From Schmidtea polychroa (Eukaryota), in contig CM097885.1 of assembly GCA_044892525.1 (NCBI GenBank), positions 4,650,001-4,714,000 of the forward strand: a stretch of DNA of 64,000 nucleotides. The letters are read 5' to 3'. The notes below the pieces were generated by a model that had not been told where the DNA came from, made no database searches, and was given only the letters and a program-made list of their open reading frames with translations. Positions 1-13,142 of this stretch are shown one piece after another. A program made the translations under genes and the position numbers. Position 1 is the stretch's first letter. The number at the start of each line of letters is the position of its first letter.

Positions 1-743
1 ACATGCATAACATTGAAATCTCCTTTTTATATTACATTCTCTGCTACTGTGTCCCGGTTTTTGACACGTCCAGCATTCTATCACTTTAATTCTTGTCTCT
101 GGTTTCCATTCGTTGATTTTTCTCTTCGTGGCTCCAACTTGTACTACATCTCTATAAGTTCTTCCCCCAGTTGTAGGTCGTATTGATCTCACCGTGTTTA
201 CTTGTTCAATAACCTTGTTAACTTTTTCTATCTTCTTTATAGTTTCTTTAATTTGTTCCGCCGTTTTGAGATCTTTCATTTCGATTTCTTTCCTGACTTC
301 TTTATCTTTTACACAATGTGTCAACAAACATTTCTGAATTTCTTCCTCATTCCAAGTGTGTGAGGCCAATTTTTAGTCATTTTTGATATTTTCTCTATAA
401 ATATTTCCGCTGATTCGTTACCTTGCTCGTAGTTCAAGGCTTCTCTTAAGTCATCAATCAATGACGTTGGTCGATGAAAAGCTGCTCTTAATTTCTGTTC
501 AACGGTTTTACCTTCTGCGGTTTCATATTCTTCAATCAAAGTCCTGTCCAGAAGTGTAATAACTAGTACCATTTGGGTCTTCACTGGTGTCTTCGTTATT
601 TCAAAGAACATCTGACATTCTTTGATAAATAATTCGAGGTCATCTCCTCTGTGGAATTTTTCTGGAAGTAATCTTCCAATAAGCAGATCCGTTGGAATGG
701 TCGCCATGTTAGAAGCTATAACATTTAATTCTTCTGTCATCAA
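1..743 (-). mobile_element. LTR-retrotransposon (Ty3/Gypsy-like) gag remnant with CCHC zinc knuckle, one frameshift; runs off the window start
   Basis: Restoring one A in the A-run near 371-375 joins ORF 321..743 to a frame reading ...VKDKEVRKEIEMKDLKTAEQIKE...ECWTCQKPGHSSRECNIKRRFQCYAC (CX2CX4HX4C knuckle, with a second knuckle starting at the window edge). Confidence 0.8.
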
Positions 744-2442
744 AATAAATTACTAAGACTATTAAATCCAAAATTATATTTCATTAAATCTGATTATATA
801 AACAAATATTCTTGGGACATTTTCTAAATTTTAATTTCAACCAAATATCAACATACCATCGCATTCATACTTGAATTTCAATTTTATTAAAGATTATTTT
901 ATTTTAAAATTTCAATTATCATTTCAATTTTAATATCTTAAAATAATTTAAGTTTCAATTAAAATTTTACAAATTTTAATCATGAACTAATTTAATTTAG
1001 TATTTTAATTTTAACTCCTCACATATATTATTGAATATATTGAAGGAATACATATTATGTTTATGTGTGTATATTATTGAATATATTGAAGGAATAAACA
1101 TTATGTGTATGTATGTATATTATTGAATATATTGAAGGAATCAATATTTCATTAAATAAATTGATAAAATTATGTTCATGTATCAGTAGATGGTTGTGGG
1201 CCATCTAGATCAGGGGCCCTCTGGATCACATATAGCCCCCAGCTGGAAAATATTTTTAAAAATTTTCTAGAGTCTAAAAGTACATTTTTTTTCAAGGTCA
1301 AATTTTAAACAAAGACACATGACTCTTCAAGGTCATTTAAACAAATACCATGACTCATCAAGGTTATTTCAAGATCGCATGACTCATCCAAGGTCATTTA
1401 AACAAAGACCATGACTCATCTTGATGACTCATCAAGGTCATATTATTATTTTTAAAAAATATTATTATAATTATTCAAAATATTATTAGTGATCCAGAGG
1501 GCCCATGGTTTTCGATTGGTCAAAAGTTATCGTTCAATCATTTTATCGATCGATAGCTCATTTTAAAGCCCAATGCAAGATCTATCTGTTGATATATAAA
1601 TATTATCATCATCATTATTATTGGTAAAGTTAATAACAAATGATGACCACCTTATTTTCATAGTTAAAATATTATTATTCAAAATATTATTAGTGATCCA
1701 GAGGGCCCATGGTTTTCGTTTGCCCAAAGGTTATCGTTCCCGTTATCCGAATTTATTAAACGATAGCTTCATTCGAAGCTTAGTGCAAGACCTTTCGAAG
1801 GAGCTATTGATGGTATCATCATCATTAATATTGACAAAGTTATTAACGTTTCTCCGAGACCATTTTCAAGGTCATATAATTATTTTTCAAAATATTATTT
1901 TTTCAAGGTCATATTTTAAAATTTAAATTAACAGAGTTCCCGCCAACGAAATTTATTCAACGAGACTATTTTATTATTATTTTTCAAAACATTATTATTT
2001 TCAAGGTCATATTATTATTTTTCAAAATATTATTTTTCAAGGTCAAATTTTTTTTTCAAGGTCATATTTTAAAATTTAAATTTACAGAGTTCCCGCCAAC
2101 GCAAATTATTCAACGATAGCTCATTTTAAAGCCCAGTCCAAGACCTTTCGAATNNNNNNNNNNNNNNNNNNNNNNNNNNNNNNNNNNNNNNNNNNNNNNN
2201 NNNNNNNNNNNNNNNNNNNNNNNNNNNNNNNNNNNNNNNNNNNNNNNNNNNNNNNNNNNNNNNNNNNNNNNNNNNNNNNNNNNNNNNNNNNNNNNNNNNN
2301 NNNNNNNNNNNNNNNNNNNNNNNNNNNNNNNNNNNNNNNNNNNNNNNNNNNNNNNNNNNNNNNNNNNNNNNNNNNNNNNNNNNNNNNNNNNNNNNNNNNN
2401 NNNNNNNNNNNNNNNNNNNNNNNNNNNNNNNNNNNNNNNNNN

Positions 2443-2640
2443 TTTCTCCATCAATTTCATGATTTTCAACATTTTCATCATTTGCATGAATATTTTAATA
2501 ATTTTCAATATTTTCATAATTTCCAACTTTATCAACATTTTCATGATTTTCATAAATATTAATATTTTCATGGATTTTTAAACATTTTCATAATTTTCTA
2601 CATTTTTATGATTATTTCAGGAACATTTTCATCAAATATT
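2443..2640. repeat. 9-bp-period minisatellite (ATTTTCATC/ATTTTCAAC variants)
   Basis: Degenerate tandem TTTTCA(T/A)(C/A)A units, producing low-complexity MKMLKI pseudo-ORFs. Confidence 0.75.
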
Positions 2641-2751
2641 TTTCAAATTAATATTTCCAAAGAATTATTTCCAAAGAGTTTTTCAAAGTTCTTCTTCTTA
2701 TTATTATTATTATTTTAAAAAGTATTTTTAAAGTTATATTATTTTCATGTA

Positions 2752-2817
<66 letters not shown>

Positions 2818-3439
2818 GGCAGTTATTCATGAAACTTAAATTCTATGTCAATTTAATGATTTTAACATTTTTATCATTTGCATGAATATTTTAATAATTT
2901 TAAATATTTTTCAATATTTCTTTACTATTATTATTATTATTTTAAATTAACATTTTTACAGTTATTTTGAAAGTTCTTCATCTTATTATTATTATTAATA
3001 TTTTAAAAGTATTTTCAAATACAAGTTCAAAGTATTACGCGCGCGGGGAATATTATTATCATATATACTCCTAGTCTATCCGACAAGATATTCTGTCCCC
3101 CTATGGGTATTGGTCATATGGGTAATGGTTAACAGGGTACTACTCACATTCAACATGTCTCAAAGGGTATAATATAATTATTATTAAATTCCGACCAACT
3201 TAAATCAATGAAAGGTAGGACAAAAATATATTATGTTGCGGTATTTTAAAATTTAAATATATTTTAAAAACTTATTTTGACGCTAAAGTTGACTTATTTA
3301 ACAAAGACATAATTATTGCACATGCTTTGCATAAATATTATTATTATTATTTGCAAAATTCTAACTATTATTTTATTTTAGAAGTTTCATTATTATTATT
3401 TACTTAAATATTCATAAAACTTAATTTCTGCATCAATTT

Positions 3440-3700
3440 ACGATTTTCAATATTTGATGATTAAATTCAGGAACATTTTCATAATTTTTAACGTTTTCAT
3501 CATTTTCAATATTTTCATCATTTTCAACATTTTCATCATTTTCAATATTTTCACGATTTTCAACATTTTCAGGAACATTTTCATAATTTTCAACATTTTC
3601 ATAATTTTCAACATTTTCATCATTTTCATAATTTTCATCATTATTTTCTTCAAAATTCTTATTTTATTTATAAATATTATTATTATCATTTTCAAAATTA
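3440..3700. repeat. 9-bp-period minisatellite, second block
   Basis: Same unit as 2443-2640; explains ORFs 3447..3695 and 3454..3708. Confidence 0.75.
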
Positions 3701-3747
3701 TTTTTTAAATTTCTTCTTCTTCTTCTTCTTCTTATTATTATTATATA

Positions 3748-4369
3748 CTCCTAGTCTATCCGACAAAATATTTTGTCCCCCTATGGGTACTGGTCACACT
3801 CAGCAGGTTGCAAGGGTACTAGTCATACTTATTATTATTGTTATACAATATGATGTTACTTAAACATTTGAAGGTTCAACCATGGTTACAATTTCTACAT
3901 TTTATAAAACACTAATTTGATTGGCTATTTCAATTTTTATAAATGTAAAAACAAAAGTAATTTAGTTATTAAGAAATTTATTTATTACTGATGATTTCTA
4001 CAAGTATGAACATGATTGTGTAAATCACAAAACACATTTGGTAACTTTATTATTTTGTCAATATATATATATATATATATATATATATTGACAAAATAAT
4101 AAAGTTACCAAATGTGTTTTGTGATTTACACAATCATATTCATACTTGTAGAAATCATCAGTAATAAATAAATTTCTTAATAACTAAATTACTTTTGTTT
4201 TTACATTTATAAAAATTGAGATAGCCAATCAAATTAGTGTTTTATAAAATGTAGAAATTGTAACCATGGTTGAACAATAATAATAATAAGCACAACTAGT
4301 ACCCTTGCAACCTGTTGAGTGTGAGCAGTACCCATAGGGGACAGAATATTTTGTCGGATAGACTAGGAG
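3748..4369. mobile_element. TA-flanked foldback MITE nested in the non-autonomous Polinton
   Basis: Starts CTCCTAGTCTATCCGACA and ends TGTCGGATAGACTAGGAG, with TA on both sides. Arms stay complementary for about 280 bp up to a central (AT)n at 4061-4088. A partial extra arm lies at about 3066-3150. Confidence 0.75.
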
Positions 4370-4386
4370 TATATATATATTAATAC

Positions 4387-4467
<81 letters not shown>

Positions 4468-5439
4468 TGTTAATAATATATGGCTCATTCGAAAGGTCTT
4501 GCATTGGGCTTTAAAATGAGCTATTGTTGACTAATTTTCGTTGGCAGGAACTCTGTAAATTTAAATTTTAAAATATGACCTTGAAAAAAAAATGACCTTG
4601 AAAAAATAAATGACCTTGAAAAAAAAATATTTTGAAAAATAATAATATGACGTTGATAATAATAATATTTTGTAAAATAATAATAAAATAGTCAAATGAC
4701 CTTGAAAATGGTCTCGGGAAAACGTTAATAACTTTGTCAATATTAATGATGATGATACGTGCTATAACTCATTCGAAAGGTCTTGCACTAAGCTTCAAAA
4801 TACGCTATCGTTTAATAAATTCGGATAATGGGAACGATAACTTTTGGGCAAACAAAAACCAAGGGCCCTCTGGAGCACTAATAATATTTTGAATAATAAT
4901 AATAAAATAATAATATTTTTTAAAAATAATAATATGACCTTGATGAGTCATCATGATGACTCATGTGACCTTGGGAATGACCTTGGGTGAGTCACGCGAC
5001 CTTGAAATGACCTTGATGAGTCATGTGTCTTTGTTTAAAATTTGACCTTGAAAAAAATGTACTTTTAGACTTAGAAAAATTTTAAAAAATTTTCCGGCCG
5101 GGGGGGTATATGTGATCCAGAGGGCCCCTGATCTAGATGGCCCACAACCATCTACTTGTATCATTTCTTCCATTTTAGGAAGGAGTCCCTCATATAATAT
5201 TTTTTGAGGTCTCGCCAACCTCACAGTCTGCCCTGTGTGGTAAACATTATGTAATTACTGTCCAAAATTGTTATCAAATTTTGAAAATATCAGATATAAA
5301 ATTATTCTTTAATACATTGTGTTCATTCAGTTTATTCATGCATTTAAACAAATTGAATGATTGAAAATATATTAACATAGAAAATCACAATTTCATCTAA
5401 ATTCCGGCAATTTTTAGGAATAGATTTACAAAGTCGAAT

Positions 5440-5598
5440 TCAATTCGCTTCGGTATCACATTTCTCAATTTCTTGTTCGGGACTAATCGTACTGCAGCGG
5501 GAAATGGTCGGTTTATCACTGGCTTCGATCTGATCACAGGAACCCGGACCCGTTAGTTTGGCAATGTTGTGCTCTTTTTTCCACTTCATCCGGCGGTT
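5440..5598 (-). CDS. Lox5: Lox5 exon 4: homeodomain end plus Lox5 parapeptide
   Basis: Acceptor tttcag| then NRRMKWKKEHNIAKLTGPGSCDQIEASDKPTISRCSTISPEQEIEKCDTEAN*. KLTGP after the homeodomain is the spiralian Lox5 signature. Confidence 0.92.
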   Translation of the reverse strand, partial: NRRMKWKKEHNIAKLTGPGSCDQIEASDKPTISRCSTISPEQEIEKCDTEAN

Positions 5599-6920
5599 CT
5601 GAAAGGACAATGTTTCAAAGGTTGCTTATTTACTCAAAAATGATGAATAAGTTTAGATTTAAAATCAACTCTTTAAAAAAACAACAGTTACCATCTTAGC
5701 AGCCCAAGTATCAAGAAAAGGTGAAAACAGAAAGGTTATGTAAATATTCATTGCAATGGTGATTTGTACGATTCCTTGTGGTCAATTAGATAGAATAAAG
5801 TAATGAAGAAGCTACAAATGGATATAAGGGCAATAATGAAATATTTAAACATATCTAATCACTAGTGTACATAATATTATTATTTTGAAGCAGGTAGGAA
5901 AAGTAATACGAGTGAAAACACACAAACACGGAATATCTACACAACGCATACACCACAGAATGAAACATACGTAAGGTCATCCGGCAAGGTCATCCGGCAA
6001 GGTCATACTGCAAGATCACTGCAGAATATGAAATTATATCTGATCCGTCGATGCTGTTATACTCATAAATTGTATGTTTATGTAAGTCATTTATTTTCAG
6101 GAATTTCTTTATGGGACAAAAAAGGTCTAACTCAAATCATGGAAATGAAGGAAACCTTTATATTTAGGCTCATTAATTGTAAGTTTTGGAGGGAAATATA
6201 GAAATTTAGATATAAACAAATTGAATCTTTATGTCAAGAAGGTCAGAACGAGGTCATGCAGGATTTAGTAAGGAAAACATTTCCAGCAACTAAATTGAGA
6301 TAAAATTTTATAAATAATTATTTAAATTTTTATATTTTTGTGAATTATTTGGCATAAAAAATCCATTTTGAAAAACAAAAATTCTTAATCTAATCTTTTT
6401 GCAGTTTTTCCAACTGCCCTGTTAAAGACACAAAACTAAAATAAAGTTGTCTGATTTTAGAACCAGGATATATACTTCGGCTCCAATGCCCTTATTCTAT
6501 ACATATGACTGAAAACTGGTATAAAGTCCATAATAGTTTGAGGGTCGAGTAGGTAAGAAATGTAAAGTTTCCAAGTATGCAATGTTAGGGTCAAACTATG
6601 TCCAAAACAAGAGAGAATCTAATTTTATTGGTCCTAGAAATCAGGAATCGAATTATGCAGGATTATATACGGTTATATGAGCCAGTTGTTAATTTTGAAT
6701 ATAAATTCACTTACAAATGCTGACATATCTTCATGGGGCGGGCAGGTAAGGGTCATTTTCTTAAATATATAAAAAATTAAAATTTCAGCTGTGCTCTTAA
6801 TATAATAAAAACACTACAACGAAATATATTTGCATGTTTTATTTTCTTCTCTTTTCATAGATTATTTCCAATTTCATTTATCCTCATTTCAGACTATAAA
6901 TCAATATTTCGATTTATTAA

Positions 6921-7000
6921 CACGTTGACGGACACTTGCGTCTATAGCCGTCAAATAGTGTCAATTTTCAAGTAGTAATTTTCTACTGTCCGTCAATGTG
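6921..7000. mobile_element. 80-bp TTAA-flanked piggyBac-type mini-MITE
   Basis: TTAA-CACGTTGACGGACA...TGTCCGTCAATGTG-TTAA (14-bp TIR, 1 mismatch). Confidence 0.65.
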
Positions 7001-7929
7001 TTAAATAAATAAAAGTATTGTTCAATTCTATAATTAATAATAATTTTAGAAAAATATTTCTTTTAATTTTTAATTTTTCCATTGTTTTACTACGTCAGTT
7101 TATTTTAATTGACAAATTTGAAATTTTTAATTTAAAATTTTATGTAATCTTTTCAAAATGATTATTAACCACTTAATGTACGTACCCGTGACATATACGG
7201 GCGAACATCATACATATTTACTTAGGAGCAACGCGCGCAGCAAAATTATTTTCAGCGCAGTATATTTAATTCAACCATTACGAATTTTTGATACTCAATA
7301 TTATTATGTGGTTCATTTTGAATATTTAGAAATTTTCAATGTTAATAACCAGATGCATAATAACGGTATATTTCTGTAGTGTCGTTTTAAAACTCTTACA
7401 ACCACGTTATAGCATTTTGACGCTCATTTGTATTTAAAGACTGCTCAGCGCAGCTGACTTTGCGCACACTGCTACTTATGGCTTAGAGGGAACATTGCTT
7501 AGGATTTCCAATATTCGTATAGAAACAAGTTTTTGAGATAGGTTTTTGACACAAAATTCAAAATAAATGTGTACATTAAGTGGTTAATCAAGGAATGCAG
7601 CAGTTAATGAGATTTTGTTTGTTTGCTTCAAAATATAACCGCTTATTTTCGTACAAAGTAAGAGAAAACATTGCCTACGCAACTAAAGTACAGAAAACAG
7701 AAAGCAATGGAAAAGTTCAATAACAGTTTTAAATTCCTAAAATAATAACATTAATGAAGGACAAAAAGACATTGACAAACTTAGCTAGTAAAGAACTTTC
7801 AGAAGTAAAGAAGTAATTCAAGCAAGTTGCAATGATAATTATGAAAAATATATTATTAAATCAAAATCAGGGATAATTTGTGGATTAATGCTTTGAGTAC
7901 TCATTCACAATTGATGGTATTGTTGAGGA

Positions 7930-8140
7930 CAGAGCTTCTCAAACTTTTTTTACTTAGCGACCTCATTAACCCTAACAAATATTCTGCCGATGAAAATAGT
8001 AATATAAAATAAAATATTTATTATATTCAAAAAATATTTTATTTTGAAGCCAACCTAATGTTTTTTAGTTACAATCTTCCGTTTTTTTAAAATTTCTACG
8101 ACCCCATCGTGGGTCGCGACCCACACTTTGAGAACCACTG
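7930..8140. mobile_element. hAT (Charlie/Buster-type) MITE
   Basis: CAGAGCTTCTCAAACTTT...GGGTCGCGACCCACACTTTGAGAACCACTG; the TSD is degenerate. Confidence 0.6.
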
Positions 8141-8626
8141 GTTTAAGGGGTTCAATGAAGAATTGTTGCAATTACTAACTAGCAGAGATGTTGAAGAATT
8201 CAATGACATCAAATCACGTTTCAAAATTATGTTTTCTTACAATTATTTGAAATTTTTTTGCAAAATGGATTAAAAACCAAATTGAACATCTAACATAGAC
8301 AAAACAAAACTAAACATGTTACAAATAGTGAATGAGAACATAAAATAGGACATACGGTAATAAGCTAGCTTTTAATTAGCAATAAGGAAAGATAAATAAA
8401 TTTTAATTGATAGTAATAATTAAAATATTTATTAATGTTATTGCAAATTTATTAACTCAAACTTGGCATTTGTTTAAATTCATTATTTTAGTATCAATTT
8501 TAAATAATAAATTTCACGAAATATTATTTTGTCCGTTGCAAAATTATGATTTTAATATCTTAACTTTGTTTTTAATGAATAATTTTATGAATATTTATAA
8601 TTAATAATGCATAAAATTATAACTAA

Positions 8627-9092
8627 CTAACTGGGGTACCCGGTGTTGTCTGGGACAATATAAGTTCTGTTGTAATATCGTTTTCTTTCAGTAAAACGCA
8701 CATTAATTTTCAACATCTATCACATGTTATAAACATATTGTTATTTGTCATGTAAACCCACACCGATAAACAACTTCTACTTCAAACAATGTCCTATTTT
8801 CACCACATAGACCCATTTTTGGGGTGTAACTTGAATGGTTCGGGTAGGGGGCTGCGAAAAAACCATAAAAATTTTATTATTTAAACTCACCCTGGTGAAT
8901 ACTTTTTGTTCCTGATAATTTCTTTGAATTATGTTGTTTACTGGTACTTTGCTTAGTAACCAGAAAACAGGATAATGTCGGCCTGGGTAAAATAGGAAGC
9001 TGTGGAAAATTTGTTTGAGATATCTTCAAAAATTTGGATTTGTATAGCGAACATACAGACACACACACACACACATTCACGATTATATATTA
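8627..9092 (+). mobile_element. Helentron-associated (HINE/DINE-1-like) non-autonomous element
   Basis: Begins AACTGGGGTACCCGGTGTTGTCTGGG and ends with ACATACAGAC(AC)n...ATTATATAT, a layout resembling DINE-type elements. Recognition is by resemblance only. Confidence 0.4.
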
Positions 9093-12088
9093 AATGAATT
9101 AAAAAATTGATCTAAGACATAATGAAAGATATCTAAAATCTCAAGCCTAAAATGTCATAACAAAATCAAGATGTCAGTAGTTGTACTTTTTCGGGCTTTC
9201 AAGGAAGAGACTTGCAAATTATATGGTATTATTTATGCGTCTGGTTTCTCTTTCCATAATTTGAAACTGTCTCAATGTTCTTGGAAAGGTTTTTTAATGT
9301 GGCAAGTTAAAAGGCGGTAAAAATGAACTGGGGGACACAAAGTATTGATAAATTTGATCAATATCCGTTAGCACAGCAGTTTTCAATATTTTTACGGACC
9401 GGTCAATTTACACAATGAAATCTGGACTGTTTAAAGTATTAATTCAAGTACGATGGTTCGATTCCTTGATATCAAATCATTGGAAAGGCTGCTCAGTAAT
9501 CTTACTAGGAAATTCATAGAAATGTCTGGGAATCACCCATGCAAAACGGATAGATAAAACTGCTAAAACACCTCACGTGATTTCTCTGTTTAAATGAAAG
9601 AAATAAGATTCAAAGCCGTCGGAATATCCGGAGATTCCTTGTGGTGGGCATGGGCAACTGTTCAGCACTTACAAAACCAGACATAATTTATTTGCACTGC
9701 TTCATCGCTTTCTATCGGGATATTTCTCCTTGAAATGTCAAGTTGTAATAAGAAAATTTTATTTTCCAAAATTTCACTTACTACTGATAAATTTCCCATA
9801 ATTTTTCCATATAGAGNNNNNNNNNNNNNNNNNNNNNNNNNNNNNNNNNNNNNNNNNNNNNNNNNNNNNNNNNNNNNNNNNNNNNNNNNNNNNNNNNNNN
9901 NNNNNNNNNNNNNNNNNNNNNNNNNNNNNNNNNNNNNNNNNNNNNNNNNNNNNNNNNNNNNNNNNNNNNNNNNNNNNNNNNNNNNNNNNNNNNNNNNNNN
10001 NNNNNNNNNNNNNNNNNNNNNNNNNNNNNNNNTTGCAAGCGATGTGATTTCCAGTGTACCGGGGAAAGTATGCAATAGAGTTGAATCAACAATATTGTAT
10101 ACTTACCTGGCGCGAAGAGAAATCTTCGTGTCTCCCGCATAGTATTGATGAGAGCCAAAAGCTCGAAACTAGTCTACTATTGGGATTTGCACTGGGTATN
10201 NNNNNNNNNNNNNNNNNNNNNNNNNNNNNNNNNNNNNNNNNNNNNNNNNNNNNNNNNNNNNNNNNNNNNNNNNNNNNNNNNNNNNNNNNNNNNNNNNNNN
10301 NNNNNNNNNNNNNNNNNNNNNNNNNNNNNNNNNNNNNNNNAAAGCCTTTTATTATTATAAGAACATTTTTTTCCAATTTCACCACTGATTATTTTTTCCA
10401 TTGAATTTATTATATAGGGAGCTTGAAGACTATAAATCAGTAATATATCAATGTTTTTTGATACTCATGAATTTTCGGCACTGTCTTTCACTTGAAATTC
10501 ACATGAAAAAGGCAGTGCCGAAAATTCGTGAGTATCAAAATACATCGATATATTACTGATTTATAGTTNNNNNNNNNNNNNNNNNNNNNNNNNNNNNNNN
10601 NNNNNNNNNNNNNNNNNNNNNNNNNNNNNNNNNNNNNNNNNNNNNNNNNNNNNNNNNNNNNNNNNNNNNNNNNNNNNNNNNNNNNNNNNNNNNNNNNTAT
10701 TTATATATTTGAATATATGAGTATCCTACTAGACATCAGTCATGAGTCCCTACCAAATGTGTTACAGTGATATTATTGAGGTGATTTGATAATTCTTGCT
10801 AGGTTTCATTACAATTGGACCTCTTATAGAACATTATTTCCGAAAACCAGGGAAACTTCTGAAATTTCCTGAGGTATGTCAAAGAGTATAACTCCATGCG
10901 CAACTCATCCTTGAGTTTGAAACGGCAAATATTGCAATATTTGTTTTTGATATTTTTGGATATTTAATAGAAATTAATATTAATAAATATTTATCCTCAG
11001 ATTTAGTAATAATGAATCTTTACTCCTTCATTCGTTTCCTTTCTAGATCTCAAATTGTATGCAATGAAATCCGAAAGTGCTGAAAAGAATCGAAAGAGAA
11101 AAACAAAAATAAAAATCATTCAAGAGGAGTCAGAAAAACAATTTTAGGATTTTTGTATTATTTATATACATTGAACTTTTTGCATTCCAGGATTATTCAG
11201 CCAATCAATTCAAACAAAAACTCCTTTTGAGAAAAAATGAAATTTTTCATTACACTCGACGGTTAAATTTTGTGCGTTTTTTCACTGTAAATTTGGGTGA
11301 CCTCGGCATAGTTGAAAAGAATTTTCAATTAAATTCGATTGATTCGAATCCCGATGACAAATTTCCCAATTACAGTAATCGTTCCCAAAATTATGTTCTT
11401 ACTAATTCAGCCATCGATTTAAACAAACACAAATGTGCTGGCTGTGAAATTCACATGTGCAAAACTATATNNNNNNNNNNNNNNNNNNNNNNNNNNNNNN
11501 NNNNNNNNNNNNNNNNNNNNNNNNNNNNNNNNNNNNNNNNNNNNNNNNNNNNNNNNNNNNNNNNNNNNNNNNNNNNNNNNNNNNNNNNNNNNNNNNNNNN
11601 NNNNNNNNNNNNNNNNNNNNNNNNNNNNNNNNNNNNNNNNNNNNNNNNNNNNNNNNNNNNNNNNNNNNNNNNNNNNNNNNNNNNNNNNNNNNNNNNNNNN
11701 NNNNGAATAAGTAAAGATATATAAAACATCGATATCATTGCTATTTCATATTCAAGTTTTTAAATAAATGCAATGTCAATTGAAAAGAAGTCAGTGGTGA
11801 AAANNNNNNNNNNNNNNNNNNNNNNNNNNNNNNNNNNNNNNNNNNNNNNNNNNNNNNNNNNNNNNNNNNNNNNNNNNNNNNNNNNNNNNNNNNNNNNNNN
11901 NNNNNNNNNNNNNNNNNNNNNNNNNNNNNNNNNNNNNNNNNNNNNNNNNNNNNNNNNNNNNNNNNNNNNNNNNNNNNNNNNNNNNNNNNNNNNNNNNNNN
12001 NNNNNNNNNNNNNNNNNNNNNNNNNNNNNNNNNNNNNNNNNNNNNNNNNNNNNNNNNNNNNNNNNNNNNNNNNNNNNNNNNNNNNNNN

Positions 12089-12187
<99 letters not shown>

Positions 12188-13142
12188 TTATAAAGTAATT
12201 ATTTTGGAAGACATACAAAATTGGGTGCGAATTTAATAAATATTATCAATTGACACTTTGGGAATGAAATGTGTACTTGTGAAAATATTGATTAAATTGT
12301 ATAAAATTTGAAATTATTTTACCCATTCAATTCTCCGAAAAAACAGCAAATGTCATTTATTACAATTTTATGCGTGGATTTGGTGGGATATTTTTATGAA
12401 TGATAATTGGAGGAATCGTGGGTGTCGGTCTAGTGAATATGTTTGATGGGTTTCTTGCTGTCGTTGATTCTCTGTTCAGAAAATCTTTGCCTTTTCTATC
12501 GGTTGTTTTTGTTGTTGTTGTTTTTATTGTGCCGTTTCGGTGCCTTTGATTCATTCTCATTGTCGGCAAGCCGGTAGCTAATTTCGTAATAAATTTGGAC
12601 TGTGTTTCCCCTGTCGTATGATGTAATCATTATCACACGAATCAACTTTCTCGCTAAAACTCGCCATGTGGTTAATGAATGTGGACGACATGGAGAAATT
12701 ATCTCTCCTGTTTCCAGATTATAAAGTGATAAATCACCGATTCGGTTTCACATGATTGCGTAATTTTTTATGGTCAATCTCTCCATTTGATTTGCACTTT
12801 GATCTGATATATTATTATTAAATTAAATATTTAATAAAAACAGCTTTAAATTTGCAATATTTATTGGATTTTTCCTTCTTATGAAAGCTATTACCTCCAC
12901 ATTCGAGTACCTCTTCCTCCCTTTGACCTTTCCTCGAGGATATTAAACTGCATATATAAGTGTATATGCAATGGAGTTATGTGTTATAGAGCCCCTCCGT
13001 ATCCATTGAATTTAATGGTTTATAAACCAGGGAAGCCATAAATCCAAGGGCGCTTAAGAACTTAACAAATAAAAAGATATTTTTATGATATTTATTGTTG
13101 CTCAGTTCAGTTTGGTTCCATGAGAGAATTAATGACAGTTCC

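Larger units (their letters stand above)
1185..5156. mobile_element. Non-autonomous Polinton/Maverick derivative (long TIRs, no coding capacity)
   Basis: Termini AGTAGATGGTTGTGGGCC...GGCCCACAACCATCTACT. Identical 6-bp flanks TGTATC at 1179-1184 and 5157-5162. Inverted arms about 1185-2153 and about 4487-5156. AG...CT ends, long TIRs and a 6-bp TSD are Polinton hallmarks. Confidence 0.85.

Noticed and set aside
2110-3708. MKMLKI / IIFNIF low-complexity ORFs
   Set aside because: They are translations of the 9-bp minisatellite, some spanning N runs.
4229-4504. Poly-Ile ORF; likewise the poly-Ile/Leu/Asn ORFs at 45228, 50445 and 50799
   Set aside because: Products of (AAT)n and (AT)n microsatellites.
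5970-6020. 13-bp AAGGTCATCCGGC tandem in Lox5 intron 3
   Set aside because: Only 3-4 copies; there is no support for a regulatory role beyond the AGGTCA motif.
12360-12569. ORF MPTMRMNQRHRNG as the missing Lox5 exon
   Set aside because: It has no homeodomain motifs; the real exons were found at 24423-24510, 12089-12167 and 5440-5598.
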